Shown: piece by piece, positions 42,501-57,500 of the stretch
Position numbering within the stretch: position 1 is the stretch's first letter
How the letters are laid out: each line of letters begins with the position of its first letter
Assembly (NCBI GenBank): GCA_951804945.1
Contig: OX638149.1
Coordinates: forward strand, 117,242,001 to 117,306,000
Source of the DNA: Podarcis cretensis
Taxonomy: Eukaryota
Length of the DNA: 64,000 bases
Reading direction: 5' to 3'
The notes under the pieces: model-generated
Database searches by the model: none
The model's input: only the letters and a program-made list of their open reading frames with translations
Told to the model about the DNA's origin: nothing
Made by a program: the position numbers and the translations under genes

Positions 42501-45500
42501 AGTGGACGTCCTGTTCCAAAGGTAACATGGAAACTTGAAGAAATGAGACTCAAGGAAACAGACAGAGTGACTATAAAGACAACAAAGGAAAGAACCACAC
42601 TGACTGTTAAGGAGAGCATGAGAGGTGACTCTGGTAAATATTATTTGACACTTGAGAACACAGCTGGCGTGAAAACTTTCACTGTCACAGTCGTTGTTAT
42701 TGGAAGACCTGGTCCAGTTACACGCCCCATAGAAGTATCATCTGTGACAGCCGAATCCTGTGTGTTGTCATGGAAGGAGCCTGAAGATGATGGTGGCACT
42801 GGTATTACAAACTATATTGTTGAAAAACGTGAATCTGGTACAACAGCATGGCAACTGGTAAATTCCAGCGTCAAACGTACACAGATCAAAGTAACTCACC
42901 TCACTAAATATATGGAATACACTTTCCGTGTAAGCTCAGAAAACAGATTTGGTGTCAGCAAGCCAATAGAATCAGTACCAATAGTGGCTGAGCATCCATT
43001 TGGTAAGTAATAATTGTTTTAACAGATGTGCATAAATTAATTCTTTTTTAAAAAAAACCAAACCAAAACCAAACAAACAGCAGTATTTAACAGTATTTCC
43101 CTTTATTTTCTTTCATCAGTCCCACCAAGCCCACCCACTAGACCCGAAGTCTATTTTGTTTCTGCCAATGCCATGTCCATTCGGTGGGAAGAACCGTATC
43201 ACGATGGCGGCAGCAAAGTTGTTGGATACTGGATTGAAAAGAAAGAACGCAACACAATCCTCTGGGTGAAGGAAAATAAATCTCCATGTATTGAATGTAA
43301 CTACAAAGTTACAGGGCTTGTGGAAGGTCTGGAGTATCAATTCAGAATATATGCATTAAACGCTGCTGGGCTGAGCAAAGCCAGTGAAGCTTCAAGGTCT
43401 GTCTTGGCCCAAAATCCTGTTGGTAAGTATAACTGGTAGAGAGAAAGTGTGTGTCCTATGATTATTTAAAGGAACAATGGAGTGATATTTTTGCATTATG
43501 TTCTCTTACAGATCCACCGGGCAGGCCAGAGGTCACAGATGTAACAAGGTCTTCAGTATCATTAACCTGGTCTCCCCCACTTTATGATGGTGGAAGCAAA
43601 ATTGTTGGCTATATTGTAGAACGCAAACCATACAATGAAGCTGGAGATGGACGCTGGCTGAAATGCAACTATACCATTGTCTCTGAAAACTCCTTTACCG
43701 TGACAGCTCTTAGTGAAGGAGAGGAATATGAATTCCGTGTTTTGGCAAAGAATGCTGCTGGTGTAATTAGCAAGGGTTCTGAATCTACTGGCCCTGTTGC
43801 CTGTAAAGATGAATACTGTAAGAGATGTTCACGTGGGTTTTAAAATTAGGTCATGAATTGTCCATATTTTAAGAGATCAAAATACACATTTATTTCTTTT
43901 GCTCTTTTTTTTCATAGCACCACCTAAAGCTGAACTGGATGCCAAATTGCAAGGAGATGTTGTAACAGTTAGGGCTGGATCTGACCTGGTTCTTGAGGCA
44001 TCGATTGGAGGAAAACCAGAACCCAAAGTATTTTGGTCTAAAGGTGACAGAGAACTGGACCCAAGCGAAAAGGTCGCTTTGCAATACACAAGCAAGCATG
44101 CTGTTGCAATCATCAAGTTCTGTGACCGAAGTGATACTGGAAAATACACGTTAACTGTTAAAAATGCCAGTGGGACAAAGCAAGTTGCTGTCCTTGTCAA
44201 AGTGCTTGGTGAGTATTTCATAACTGCTAGTTTTCTGTGGCTATTTAACTTCTTTCCTTTCAAGTTTTATTTTGAGATTAAAGAATTTCTTTCATTGCAG
44301 TAATTATCCTTTTACTCTTTGTCAATAGATTCGCCTGGTCCATGCGCTGGCAAAATCACCATAAGCAGAGTTACAGAAGAGAAGTGTACCTTGGCTTGGC
44401 GGATGCCTCAAGAAGATGGAGGGGCAGAAATTACTCATTACATTGTAGAGAGACGCGAGACAAGCAGACTGAACTGGGTTATTGTTGAACCTGAATGTCC
44501 AACACTGTCGTGTGTAGTAACCAGACTTATAAAGAATAATGAATATATATTCCGTGTAAGAGCTGTCAACAAATATGGACCAGGTGTTCCACTTGAAACA
44601 GAACCCATTATTGCTAGAAATTCATTCAGTAAGTACTTCTCTAGCCTTGTGAAGTCTTCCCCCTTTGGGGGGAGGCACAAAGTAAGTTGTGTTACACACA
44701 ATAAATGTGAAATACCTAATTTTTTCCTGCCTTTAATAAATATTTACAGCTATCCCATCACCACCTGGTGTTCCTGAATCAGTGGGTGCTGGCAAAGAGC
44801 ACGTCATTATTCAGTGGCTGAAGCCAGAGTCGGATGGGGGTAACGAGATCAGCACCTATCTTGTAGACAAACGAGAAAAGAAAAGTCTACGCTGGACCCG
44901 CGTTAACAAAGACTACATCATTTATGACACAAGACTGAAAATTACTGGTCTAATGGAAGGCAGCGAATATCAGTTCCGTGTCACTGCGGTAAATGCTGCT
45001 GGCAACAGCGAGCCTAGCGATGCTTCGCAGTACGTTTTGTGCAAAGACCCATCATGTAAGTTCATTCATTTATATTCATTAATTTTGTAGATTAAACAAT
45101 ATGAGGACTGCATAGGCCTTGAATCTAGAAGGTCCAGTGGTGCTGTTTGGACCATTCCCCACAGCTCCAAAGAGGATATACTTATTTATTTTTAAGCCAT
45201 TTTAATGCCGCCAGGATGGATGCCTTAGAATGATAGAATCATAGAACTATATAGTTGGAAGTGACCCCAAGGGTCATCTAGTCCATCAACCTGCAATGCA
45301 GGAATCTCAACTAAAGCATACATGAACGTTGGCTATCCAACCTCCGCCTAAAAACCTCCAGTAAAAGAGAGTCCACCACCTCCCAAGGGAGTCTGTTCCA
45401 CTATTGAACAGCTCTTACCATCAGAAAGTTCTTGCTGGTGTTTAGTCAGGACAAATTGTTCCAGTTGGTTTGGTTCCTAGCCTCCAGAGTAGGAGAAAAT

Positions 45501-48500
45501 GAGCTTGCTCCACTTCCCAGTGACAGTCCTTTGGATATTTGAAAATGGCTATCATATCTCCTGTCAACCTCCCCTTGAACAGCCTAAACATATGCAACTT
45601 TGTCTGCAGCAAGGAAGGCGAGGGCTGAATTTTAAGGAACAGGCTACAAGAGAGAGAAAAAGGAGATAACATGTGAAAGTTCCTTCAAATAATAATAATA
45701 ATAATAATTATTTATTATTTCTACCCCGCCTGTCTGGATGGGTTTCCCCAGGCACTCTGGGCGGCTTCCAACAGAAGGTTAAAAATACATTAAAACATCC
45801 GTCATTAAAAATTTCCCTAAACAGAACTGCCTTCAGTTGTCTTATAGTTGTTTATTTCTTTGACATCTGATGGGAGGGCATTCCACTCCAAAGTGTTTCG
45901 TGTACTCCTGAATCTTCTAAGCCCTATTATTCTATTGTATCACTTTCTTGCATACCACAAGCTAAAGAAACAGCAGCACCTTAAACGCATCTGCTCCTTG
46001 GGAGCAGACTGTACTGAAACAGATAGCCGGTATTAAAATTATATCCCAATCCGAGTACAGGAGCATATATACCGGTAATCATAGCTACTACAGAAGTGTT
46101 TAAATGATTATTCATTCAGGTTTTAAGGATCCACTGTAGTAACATGAAGTGTGTGGTTTTTTTTTCCTTTCCAAAGATACTCCTGCTCCACCTTCACCGC
46201 CAAGAGTTGTGGATACTACTAGAACTAGCATAAGCTTGGCTTGGACAAAGCCCATGTATGACGGTGGCGTTGATTTATTAGGCTATGTCCTTGAAATGAA
46301 AGAAGAAGGAACTGAACAATGGTATCGGGCACATAGCACTGCCACCATAAGAAACACCGAATTCACTGTGACTGGTCTGAAAATAAGCCAGAAGTACCGC
46401 TTTAGAGTGGCTGCCACAAATGTAAATGGTATGAGCGAATACAGTGAGACCCCTGCTGAAATAGAACCTGTGGAAAGGCTAGGTAATGGCAAGATCGAGC
46501 CTTCATAAATTATTTGCAAACTTACAAATTGCAAATTTGTTCAGAAACATTCAAATGCAACCTAATCTTTTATTTCCATCCCCACCTATAGAAATACCAG
46601 AACTTGAGCTTGCTGAAGACCTCAAGAAGACTATTACGGTTAGAGCAGGTGGCTCTTTACGTCTAATGGTGTCAGTATCTGGCAGACCAACACCAATGGT
46701 TACATGGAGCAAGAAGGGTGTTGACCTAGCAAGTCGAGGTATTATTGACACCACAGACAGCTACACACTGTTGGTTGTGGATAAAGTGAACCGGTACGAT
46801 GCTGGAAAATACGTCCTTGAGGCTGAAAATCAATCAGGAAAGAAATCTGCCACTATTATGGTTAAAGTCTATGGTAAGTGCAAATACTGTTGTTTATTGT
46901 TACAGCAATACCTTTGCCCATTCCATCACAAATTCAAAGATATTTGCTTTTTTTTAAAAAAAAAAAAAAAGAGGGATTTAGTTTGCAGAGTAATGGTAGT
47001 CTCCAATTTTAATTTGCTTATGCAGAAAAGATACTATACAAAGTGTAATGCAGATAAAATATGACAAAGGTCTCTTTTGCCGTTTGTTCCACAGATACCC
47101 CTGGACCACCAGGAGCAGTGAAAGTTAAAGAGGTTACAAAAGAGTCTGTGACAATTACTTGGGATATTCCAACTATTGATGGAGGAGCTCCAGTCAACAA
47201 CTATATAATAGAGAAACGGGAGGCTGCCATGCGAGCATTCAAGACAGTAACTACTAAATGCAACAAAACCTTTTACAGAATTTCCGGGCTCATTGAAGGA
47301 GCGCTATACTACTTCCGAGTACTGCCAGAAAATATCTACGGCATTGGTGAACCCTGTGAGACAGCAGATGCAGTGCTGGTGTCAGAAGTTCCAAGTGCGC
47401 CTCAGAAACTGGAGGTGGTTGATATAACTAAATCTACTGTATCGCTTGCATGGGAAAAACCACAGCACGATGGTGGCAGCAGATTAACTGGCTATGTAAT
47501 TGAGGCCAGTAAAGCTGGAACAGAAAGGTGGATGAAAGTTGTAACACTGAAACCTACGGTCCTTGAGCACACAATAATTTCATTAAATGAAGGTGAACAG
47601 TACCTGTTTAGAGTAAGAGCGCAAAATCAAAAGGGTGTGTCTGAACCAAGAGAGATAGTCACAGCAGTGACAGTACAAGAACAAAAAGGTAAGAGTCATA
47701 ATTACAATGGAACAAAAATGGAACATTATTCAAAGTGCTGAGACATGGTTTAACAAATATTAATAATGTTGGGTTTATTATTATTATTTTAGTTCTACCT
47801 GCAATTGACCTTGCTGGAATACCTCAAAAGACCATTCATGTAACAGCTGGCAGACCTATAGAGCTAGCTATCCCAATTTCTGGACGACCACCTCCAGCTG
47901 TTTCTTGGTTCTTTGCTGGCTCTAAACTACGAGAATCAGACCGGGTCAAAGTTGAAACAGTTGCTAAGGTAGCTAAATTAACCATACGTGAAACCACAAT
48001 ACATGACACTGGAGAATACACACTTGAACTGAAGAACACAACTGGAACAGCTATGGAAAGAATAAAAGTTATTATTCTGGGTAAGAATTTGCTTTGGAAA
48101 TATAATTGTCCATAATTTTTTCTTGCCTAATTTCCCCAAATTCAAGCATTTCCTTGTTTAACTATTTCTTTGATTATATCTCATTTATTTCATTTTCACA
48201 GACAAACCTGGACCACCGACTGGACCTATTAAAATTGTTGATATTGATTCAACTTTTGTAACCATTTCATGGGAACCACCTGAGATGGATGGGGGCGCAG
48301 CACTAAGTGGATATGTGGTGGAGCAACGAGATGCACATCGTCCTGGATGGTTACCAGTGTCTGAATCTGTAACCCGGACAACATATAAGTTTTCTAAACT
48401 TACTGAGGGTGCTGAATATGTGTTCCGTGTGGCTGCCACAAACCGCTTTGGAATTGGATCATACTTGCAGTCTGAAATTGTAGAATGCAAGAGCAGAATC

Positions 48501-51500
48501 AGTAAGTAAATATTCTTTTTTCTAGTCCTCTGCATTTAAAAAATCCAGATCAGTTTACATGGACACATATAGAAGAAACAAGTCTTGATACTATGTACAT
48601 TCTATTTTCATTTTCCTGAAATAAGAATGAAAGAACTAGTCTACAATACCCTGCTTATTCAGACCAAAATATGATTGTAAATGGAATTTTCATCTCATTT
48701 TAAAAATCTATTTATTGTAGGTGTTCCTGGTCTTCCTGGTACCCCAGAAGTGTTTGATATCTCCCGTGATGGAATGACACTTACTTGGTATCCACCAGAA
48801 GAAGATGGTGGTTCACAGATCACTGGCTATATTGTGGAACGCAAAGAAGTTAAATCAGAGAGATGGGTCCGTGTAAACAAAGTTGCAGTCACTATGACAC
48901 GCTATCGTTCCACTGGGTTGATTGAAGGACTGGAGTATGAACATCGTGTCACAGCTATCAATGCTAGGGGTGCTGGCAAACCAAGCCGAATTTCCAAGCC
49001 TGCAGTTGCTAGAGATCCAATTGGTAAATAATTTGCAAAATTCATAACATATACTAGTGACTTCTGTTCAGTCATTTTGTTTGCAAAATAGTTGATACTA
49101 ATATTTGGGACTGCCTTTTAAACATCAAAACTATACCTTTAATATATCTAACGCGCTCTAATAATATATTTCAGCTCCTCCGGGTAAACCTCAGAATCCA
49201 AGAGTGACAGATACTACAAGAACATCTATTTCCTTGGCTTGGAGTCCACCAGAAGATGAAGGCGGGTCTAAAGTCACTGGCTACTTGATTGAAATGCAAA
49301 AGGTTGATCAGTTTGAATGGACCAAATGCAATACCACCCCCACCAAGATCCGTGAATACACTCTAACACATCTTCCACAAGGTGCAGAGTATAGATTCCG
49401 TGTTATAGCATGCAATCTCGGTGGCCCCGGTGAACCTGCTGATGTGCCCGGAACAGCCAAAGTGACTGAAATGCTTGGTAAGATGCTGTAATGAAATACA
49501 AATTTTAAAGAACATAGCGCTATTTAGATTTCTGCATACATAACATGATCTCTTTTTCCTCCTCCCAGAACTCCCTGATTATGAACTTGATGAAAAATAC
49601 CTGGAAGGTGTATTTGTAAGGCAAGGTGGAGTAGTTAAGCTTACAGTGCCAATTAAAGGTAAACCCATTCCAATATGCAAATGGACTAAAGAGGGACATG
49701 ATGTCACCAAGAGAGCCATGATTGCGACTTCTGAATCAGATACTGAACTTGTGATAAAAGATGCAGAACGAGAAGATTCTGGTACCTATGATTTGACGCT
49801 TGAAAACAAATGTGGCAAGAAGGTTGTCTATATCAAGGTCAGGGTGATTGGTATTCCAAATCCACCAGAAGGGCCACTTGAATATGATGACATACAAGCA
49901 CGCTCCGTTAGAGTCAGCTGGAAGCCTCCAAGTGACGATGGTGGTGCAGATATAATAGGATACAATATTGAGAGACGTGAAGTACCAAAGACTGCCTGGT
50001 ACACCGTTGGCTCCAGAGTAAGGGGTACATCACTGGTAGTGAAAGGACTCAAAGAAAATGTGGAATACCACTTCCGTGTTTATGCTGAAAACCAGTTTGG
50101 TGTAAGCAGGTCCCTGAAATCTGAAGAGCCAGTTGTGCCAAAGACACCTTTGAGTAAGTATACGGGTTCAGAAAATGCATGTATGTGTGTGCATCTCTCA
50201 CATACTTTATTTTATTTTCCAAGGTGCTTGGGGGAGTATACATTGTCTGCCCCCTTTTTATCCTGATAATAAACCTGTGAGGTAGGTTAGGTTGAGAGAG
50301 AATGACTGCCCAAAAGTAACTGAGGTTGCAGTCCTATACAGGCTTATCTGGGAGTAAGTCCTATTAAAGTTAGGATCACTTAGTTCTGAGTTGACATGTA
50401 CAGCACTGTTTAGTGAGTTCATGACTGAACGGACATGGGACCCCAGCTTTCCATGGTTGTGGTCCAATACTCTTAACTCCTATGCCAGAAGAACCAATGG
50501 TTATTGTTACATTCTTTTCAACAGATCCTCCGGAGCCTCCAAGTTATCCACCAGAAATCCTTGATGTCACAAAGAGTTCCATTAGCTTATCTTGGTCCAG
50601 ACCTAGAGATGACGGTGGCTCTCGTGTCACTGGCTACTATATTGAACGTAAAGAGACAACTACTGAGAAATGGGTCAGGCACAACAAGACTCACATCACA
50701 ACTACAATGTATACAGTCACAGGGCTGGTTCCAGATGCTGAATATCAGTTCCGTATTGTAGCCCAAAATGACATCGGTGAGGGTGAACCCAGCCCTGCTT
50801 CTGAACCAGTTGTTTGCAAGGATCCATTTGGTACGTAAATGTAACTTCTGTGTTAGAGGGTATCAGTATGACAGGGTTTTTTTTTTTGGAAAATACACTT
50901 TTTTAATGAAAATACTTTGAAATTTTACAGACAAACCAAGCCAGCCTGGAGAAATTGAGATCACATCCATATCTAAGGATAGCATTACTTTAGAATGGGA
51001 GCGCCCTGAATGTGATGGTGGTAAAGAAATCATCGGATACTGGATTGAATATCGCCAGTCTGGAGAGTCTACCTGGAAAAAGTGCAATAAAGAACGTAAC
51101 AAAGACAGGCAGTTTATAATGGGAGGCTTACTGGAAGCTACAGAATATGAATTCAGAGTTTTTGCAGAAAATGAGACTGGACTCAGCAGACCTCGTAGAA
51201 CAGCTATGGCAGTAAAGACAAAACTGACATGTACGTTTAACTATTCCATTATATTCTCTATGCTTTATGTAGCTGTTGAAAAGATATGACATGTTACAGT
51301 AAACTGTGTTATGGTATAAAGTGGTTTTGAAGTAATTTGGCAATTCCGTTATGTAACTAGGACACTCTGCTTTCATGTATTTACTTTTCTGAATGGACCT
51401 CGAGGAAGGAAATAAGCTATTTCCTCCTCCAGGGCTAATAAAATTAATGATTCATTAAACAGGCAGCATAAACATTATGCTTGGTACCATAGCATTATGG

Positions 51501-54500
51501 TTTGGGAGGGAATGTGGAATAAAAGACAATGGAAAAAGCTTTCAATACATTTTTTCTCCCTTTATAAATATAGCTGGAGAGGCACCAGGAGTAAGACAAG
51601 AAATGAAGGATGTTACTACTAATCTGGGTGAATCAGCTCAGTTATCATGCCAGATCCTTGGGAGACCTCTCCCTGATATTAAATGGTATCGTTTCGGCAA
51701 AGAATTGGTACAGAGCAGAAAATACAAGATGTCATCAGATGGCCGCACTCACACACTGACGGTGCTCACAGAAGAGCAGGAAGACGAAGGAATTTATACT
51801 TGCAAGGCTATCAATGACGTTGGAGAGGTTGAAAGTAGTGGCAAGCTACTTTTACAAGCTCCTCCACAATTCCACCCAGGCTTTCCATTGAAAGAGAAAT
51901 ATTGTGCAGGTGTAGGATCCACACTTCGCCTCCATATTGTATACATTGGTCGTCCAGTGCCTGCTATCACTTGGTTCCATGGCAAGAAACTATTGAAGAG
52001 CTCAGAAAACATTACTATTGAGAACACAGAGCATTATACTCACCTTTCCATTAAAAATGTACAGCATAAAGCCCACGCAGGACACTACAAAGTACAGCTC
52101 AGTAACACATTTGGAACTGTTGATACTGTACTAAACGTGGAAATACAAGGTATGTCATGGCATTAAATTTTCTTGAAATCATGGGAAATACTTCTTCTAT
52201 TTAACTTTAAACACTGCCTTTTCTTTTTGTAGATAAACCCGATATACCAGCAGGGCCAATTGTTATAGAAGCTTTGCTGAAGAACTCTGCAGTCATCAGC
52301 TGGAAGCCACCTGAAGATGATGGAGGTGCTCTAGTAACAAATTATGTTGTAGAGAAAAGAGAAGCAAAAGAAGGCACAGAGTGGCAGCTGGTTTCCTCAA
52401 GCATTTCTGGCACAACCTGCAGAATTGTTAACCTAACTGAAAACGCAGGCTATTATTTCCGTGTCTTTGCTCAGAATGCATTCGGCATCAGCGAAGCATT
52501 AGAAGTTTCATCTGTTGTTATTATCAAGACTCCATTTGGTAAGTGTGTTCCGTAAGCCACGTTTCTGTTTACCTGCAGTTCAACAAAGCAAACTGACTTC
52601 ATGTCCTGAAAATTATTATTTCTTCTTTACAGAAAAGCCAGGCCAACCAAGTCAGCCAGTTGTATCTGCTGTGACAAGTGAATCCTGTGTTGTTTCTTGG
52701 AGGCCACCTGCTAGTGATGGAGGCTCAAAGATCAGAAATTACTTCCTGGAGAAACGTGAAAAGAAACAAAACAAATGGATTTCTGTAACCACAGAAGAAA
52801 TACGCGAAACTGTCTATTCTGTCACAGGTCTTATTGAAGGCCTGGAGTATGAATTCCGTGTAAAATGTGAAAATCTTGGCGGTGAAAGCGAATGGAGTGA
52901 AATTTCACAACCAATCACTCCCAAATCTGATGTAGCAATTCAGGCACCGCATTTCAAGGAAGAAATCAGAAACCTAAATGTGAAATTCAGAGGTCATGCC
53001 ACATTTGTTTGCAAAGTCACTGGTCATCCTAAGCCTGTTGTAAAATGGTTCAAACAGGGCAAAGAGATTTTGCCAGATGGTGAAAAGGTGAAGATACAAG
53101 AATTTAAGGGCGGCTATTACCAACTGGTAATTACAAATGTAACAGATGATGATGCCACTGTATATCAAGTGAGGGCAACCAACCAGGGAGGATCTGTTTC
53201 TGGAACTGCTTCCTTGGATGTTGAAGGTAAGTAATGTGCTTCGCTCTTAAATTTAGTTTGTATTTAATTTTTCATACAGAGTAAGCTTATGGGCTACAGG
53301 GAGGGGGTGGAAACTCTGAGTTTGGAATAGTATTTTCTTAATAGGTTTAAAGTAAGTCAGATTGTGGCATGGTCATCTAGATATTTATGGTATAGTCCTA
53401 GGTGAAGTGGGAGAGATGCGAGATGTTCTACTGGCTCACTCTGACTAAGGAAAGAAGAAGAGATGTTTTTCTCCTTTTTTGTTCTCATGTTCCCTTTTGG
53501 AACACCCCCCCCCCCGAAGGTAATGGGAGGAAATAACTACACCAGCTCCAAACTGGCATAGTTGATGAGCCTGATCCAGGGTCCTCCAAAAAGAATGAAG
53601 GGCTTGTACCCCAGCAGACCCAATGCGGTTTCTGATTTGCCCTCAAAATGCCCTCTCTTAGTGCTTAGCCTGGCTACTGCTGGTGAAAACACCACCAGCC
53701 AAGTCTAAACCAACAGAGTTTTCTGTGGGCATCAGAAGGGCCTCCATGTTGGGCATGTCCCCCTACTGATGGAGAAGAAGGACCACCCAATCTTAGCCCT
53801 GTCCAGCCAGTGGATTTGGGGGTCAGGATTGTTCTGTTAATCATAATGGGCAGAATTTTCATTTGAACAATGAAAGTATAATAGGATACATATGGATAAA
53901 CAGTATATGAAAAAAACATTAAATACAAAACATTCACATTTATACCTATGTCTGTGCTCTAGTAGCATTGGTCTGGTGATCAATTTTGTTGAAGATGTTA
54001 TCAGACTATAAAATGATAAAAGGCTCTTGCACGCACTTGTCTGGTAAAGAGCTTCTAACATTATTGGGAAGGAGCACTATGACTAGATTAATGTTCCCCT
54101 GATGTTGTAATCTGAACAGCTGTTGTTGCTCAGCTGGCTGAGTATAGCTAAGGGAAGTGTCTGTCTGTCTTGTTTGTTTCTGTTATTTACATTCCACCTT
54201 TCAGGATACAAATCCTTCCACAACAAACAATATTAACATATTAAAAAGTCATCAGCATCCTTCCCATAGTATAGTTTCTGGTATAAAGGCCCTGCGAGAA
54301 AGGCCCTGCTCCCCTCTCTCCTGGAATCCTTCCTATTTAACTATTTAAGGTAGATAGACCAGTCAGGGTAGAAAGTTCAGCTGGAGCAGGCCCTATGAAG
54401 GACTTTGCCTGCACCCCTCTTTCTTGAAATCCTTTCCAAAGGCAGAGTTGATGGTAGACGGAACTGTGGAGGGTCCAGCTGGAGTAGGGTCCAGGTTTCC

Positions 54501-57500
54501 TTTGCCTGCATCCCTCTGTCTCAGTTTATGACAAAGGGTTTGTTGCAAATATTAGCCACTATGCCTGAGACCTTCTGAATCAGTCTCTGTTTAAAGCAGT
54601 GTTTCGGTTTATTTTAAAGCAATAGTTTACACTCATTTTGTTTCTTCCCTTCCCTCTGTGTTTTTTGCTGCAGTTCCTGCTAAGATCCACTTGCCTAAAA
54701 ATCTTGAAGGCATGGGAGCCGTTCACGCTCTCCGTGGTGAAGTCATCAGCATCAAAATCCCATTCAGTGGCAAGCCTGATCCAGTGATCACATGGCAGAA
54801 AGGGCAAGATCTTATCGATACTAATGGACACTACCAAGTTATTGTGACACGGTCATTCACATCTCTTGTTTTCCCTAACGGTGTGGACAGGAAAGATGCA
54901 GGCTTCTACATTGTCTGTGCTAAAAACAGATTTGGCATTGATCAGAAAACAGTTGAATTAGATGTCGCTGATGTTCCTGATCCCCCAAGAGGACTGAAAG
55001 CAAGCGAGGTTTCAAGGGACTCGGTCAACCTGACATGGAATGCTCCAGCAAATGATGGCGGAAGCCGAGTCACACACTATACTGTTGAGAAACGCGCTAC
55101 CACAGCTGAGAGATGGATTCGTGTTGGCCAGGCTCGTGACACTCGATATACTGTGATAAACCTATTTGGCAAGACAAGCTATGTATTCCGCGTTATAGCA
55201 GAGAATAAATTTGGACAAAGCCAGCCTTCTGAACCTACAGATTCTGTAATAACAAAGGAAGATAAGACCAGAACAGTCAATTATGATGAAGAAGTTGATG
55301 AGGCCAGAGAAGTCACTACAGCAAAAGCAGCTCACTCTAATACAAAAGAACTCTATGACAGATATATGATTGCTGAAGAACTTGGGCGGGGACAATTTGG
55401 AATTGCCCACAGGTGTGTTGAGATAGTTTCAAAGAAGACTTACCTGGCCAAGTTTGTCAAAGTAAAAGGTGCTGATCAAGTGCTCGTAAAGAAAGAAATT
55501 TCCATCCTCAACATTGCTAGGCATAGAAATATCTTACAGCTTCATGAATCATTTGAAAGCCTAGAAGAACTTATCATGATCTCTGAGTTCATATCTGGAG
55601 TTGACATCTTTGAAAGACTTAATACTCCTGCATTTGAACTTAATGAAAGAGAAATTATAAGCTATGTACGTCAAGTATGTGAAGCACTTGAATTCCTGCA
55701 CAGTCATAGCATTGGGCACTTTGATATCAGGCCAGAGAACATCATCTATTTCACAAGAAGAAGCTCTATAGTTAAAATCATTGAATTTGGTCAGGCACGG
55801 CAGCTGAAACCTGGTGATAATTTCAGACTCCAGTTTACTTCCCCTGAATATTATGCGCCTGAAGTCCATCAGCATGATATGGTCAACACAGCCACAGATA
55901 TGTGGTCACTTGGAACCCTAGTGTATGTACTTCTAAGCGGCCTGAATCCTTTCATTGCTGAAACAAACCAACAAACAATTGAAAACATCATAAGTGCTGA
56001 ATACAATTTTGATGAAGAAGCCTTCAAAGATATCAGTATTGAGGCCTTGGACTTTGTTGACCGCCTGCTAGTAAAAGAAAGGAGAGCTCGCATGACTGCT
56101 ACTGAAGCCCTTGAACATGCTTGGCTGAAGCAAAGGACAGAGAAAACAAGCACCAAAGTTATCAAAACACTGAGACACAGACGTTATTATCAAACACTGG
56201 TGAAGAAGGAATGGAACACAGTTGTGTCAGCAGCCCGTGTTGCATGGGGTGGTGCAGTCAGATCTCAGAAGGCCGTTACAGTTGCTAAAGTTAAAGTGGC
56301 ATCAATTGACATTGGACCCATTACTGGGCAGATAATGCATGCTGTTGGAGAAGAAGGTGGGCATGCCAAGTATGTCTGCAAGATTGAAAACTATGATTCA
56401 TCCACAGAAGTAACCTGGTACTTTGGAGTCAGACAATTGGAGAACAGTGAAAAACATGAGATCAGCTACCATGAAGGAGTGGCCACAATGTATGTCAAAG
56501 ACATTGCTAAATCAGATGACGGTACCTACAGGTGCAAAGTTACAAATGACTATGGTGAAGACAGTTCCTACGCAGAACTATTTGTTAAAGGTGTGAGAGA
56601 AGTTTCTGACTTTTACAGACGCAGAACTGTCAGGAGAGTGAAGCGCCGAGTAGATACCTTGAGACTTTTGGAGAAGCCACCAGAATTTACGCTGCCTTTA
56701 TACAACCGTACTGCCTACGTTGGTGAAAATGTCAGGTTTGGAGTAACAATAACAGTTCACCCGGAACCTCGTGTAACGTGGTTCAGATCAGGCCAGAAGA
56801 TCAAGCCAGGAGATGATGACAGGAAGTATACCTTTGAAACTGATAAGGGTCTTTATCAGCTTCTCATCCATAATGTCAATGAAGATGATGATGCTGAATA
56901 TACTGTGCTGGCTCGCAACAAATACGGCGAGGACAGCTGCAAAGCTAAGTTAACCGTTGTTCAGCATGCTCCTCCAGAGGCTACCACGATGAGACCCATG
57001 TTCAAAAGACTACTGGCAAATGCAGAATGCCAAGAAGGCCAGAGTATCTGCTTTGAGATAAGAGTATCTGGAATACCAAAACCAGCACTAAAATGGGAAA
57101 AGGATGGACAGCCCTTATCAGCTAGTCCAAATATTGAAATTGTACATGAAGGGTTGGATTACTATGCTTTGCATATCAGGGATACTTTACCAGAAGACAG
57201 TGGTTATTACAGAGTTACTGCGACAAACAGTGCTGGATCAACAAGTTGCCAGGCTTACTTGAAGGTAGAGCGCTCAAAATATATCAAGCGTCAATACAAG
57301 AGTGAAGAAGAGCGGCAAAAGCATGTACAGAAGAGCATTGACAAGACAGTGAGAATGGCAGAAATCCTTTCTAGAACAGAATCTGTCCCACTGACAGATG
57401 TAGCACAGGAAGCTCTCAGACAAGCTGCTATCCTGTATAAACCAGCTGTAAGCACTAAGACTGTCAAAGGTGAATTTGAACTTAAAAAGGAAGAAATTAA

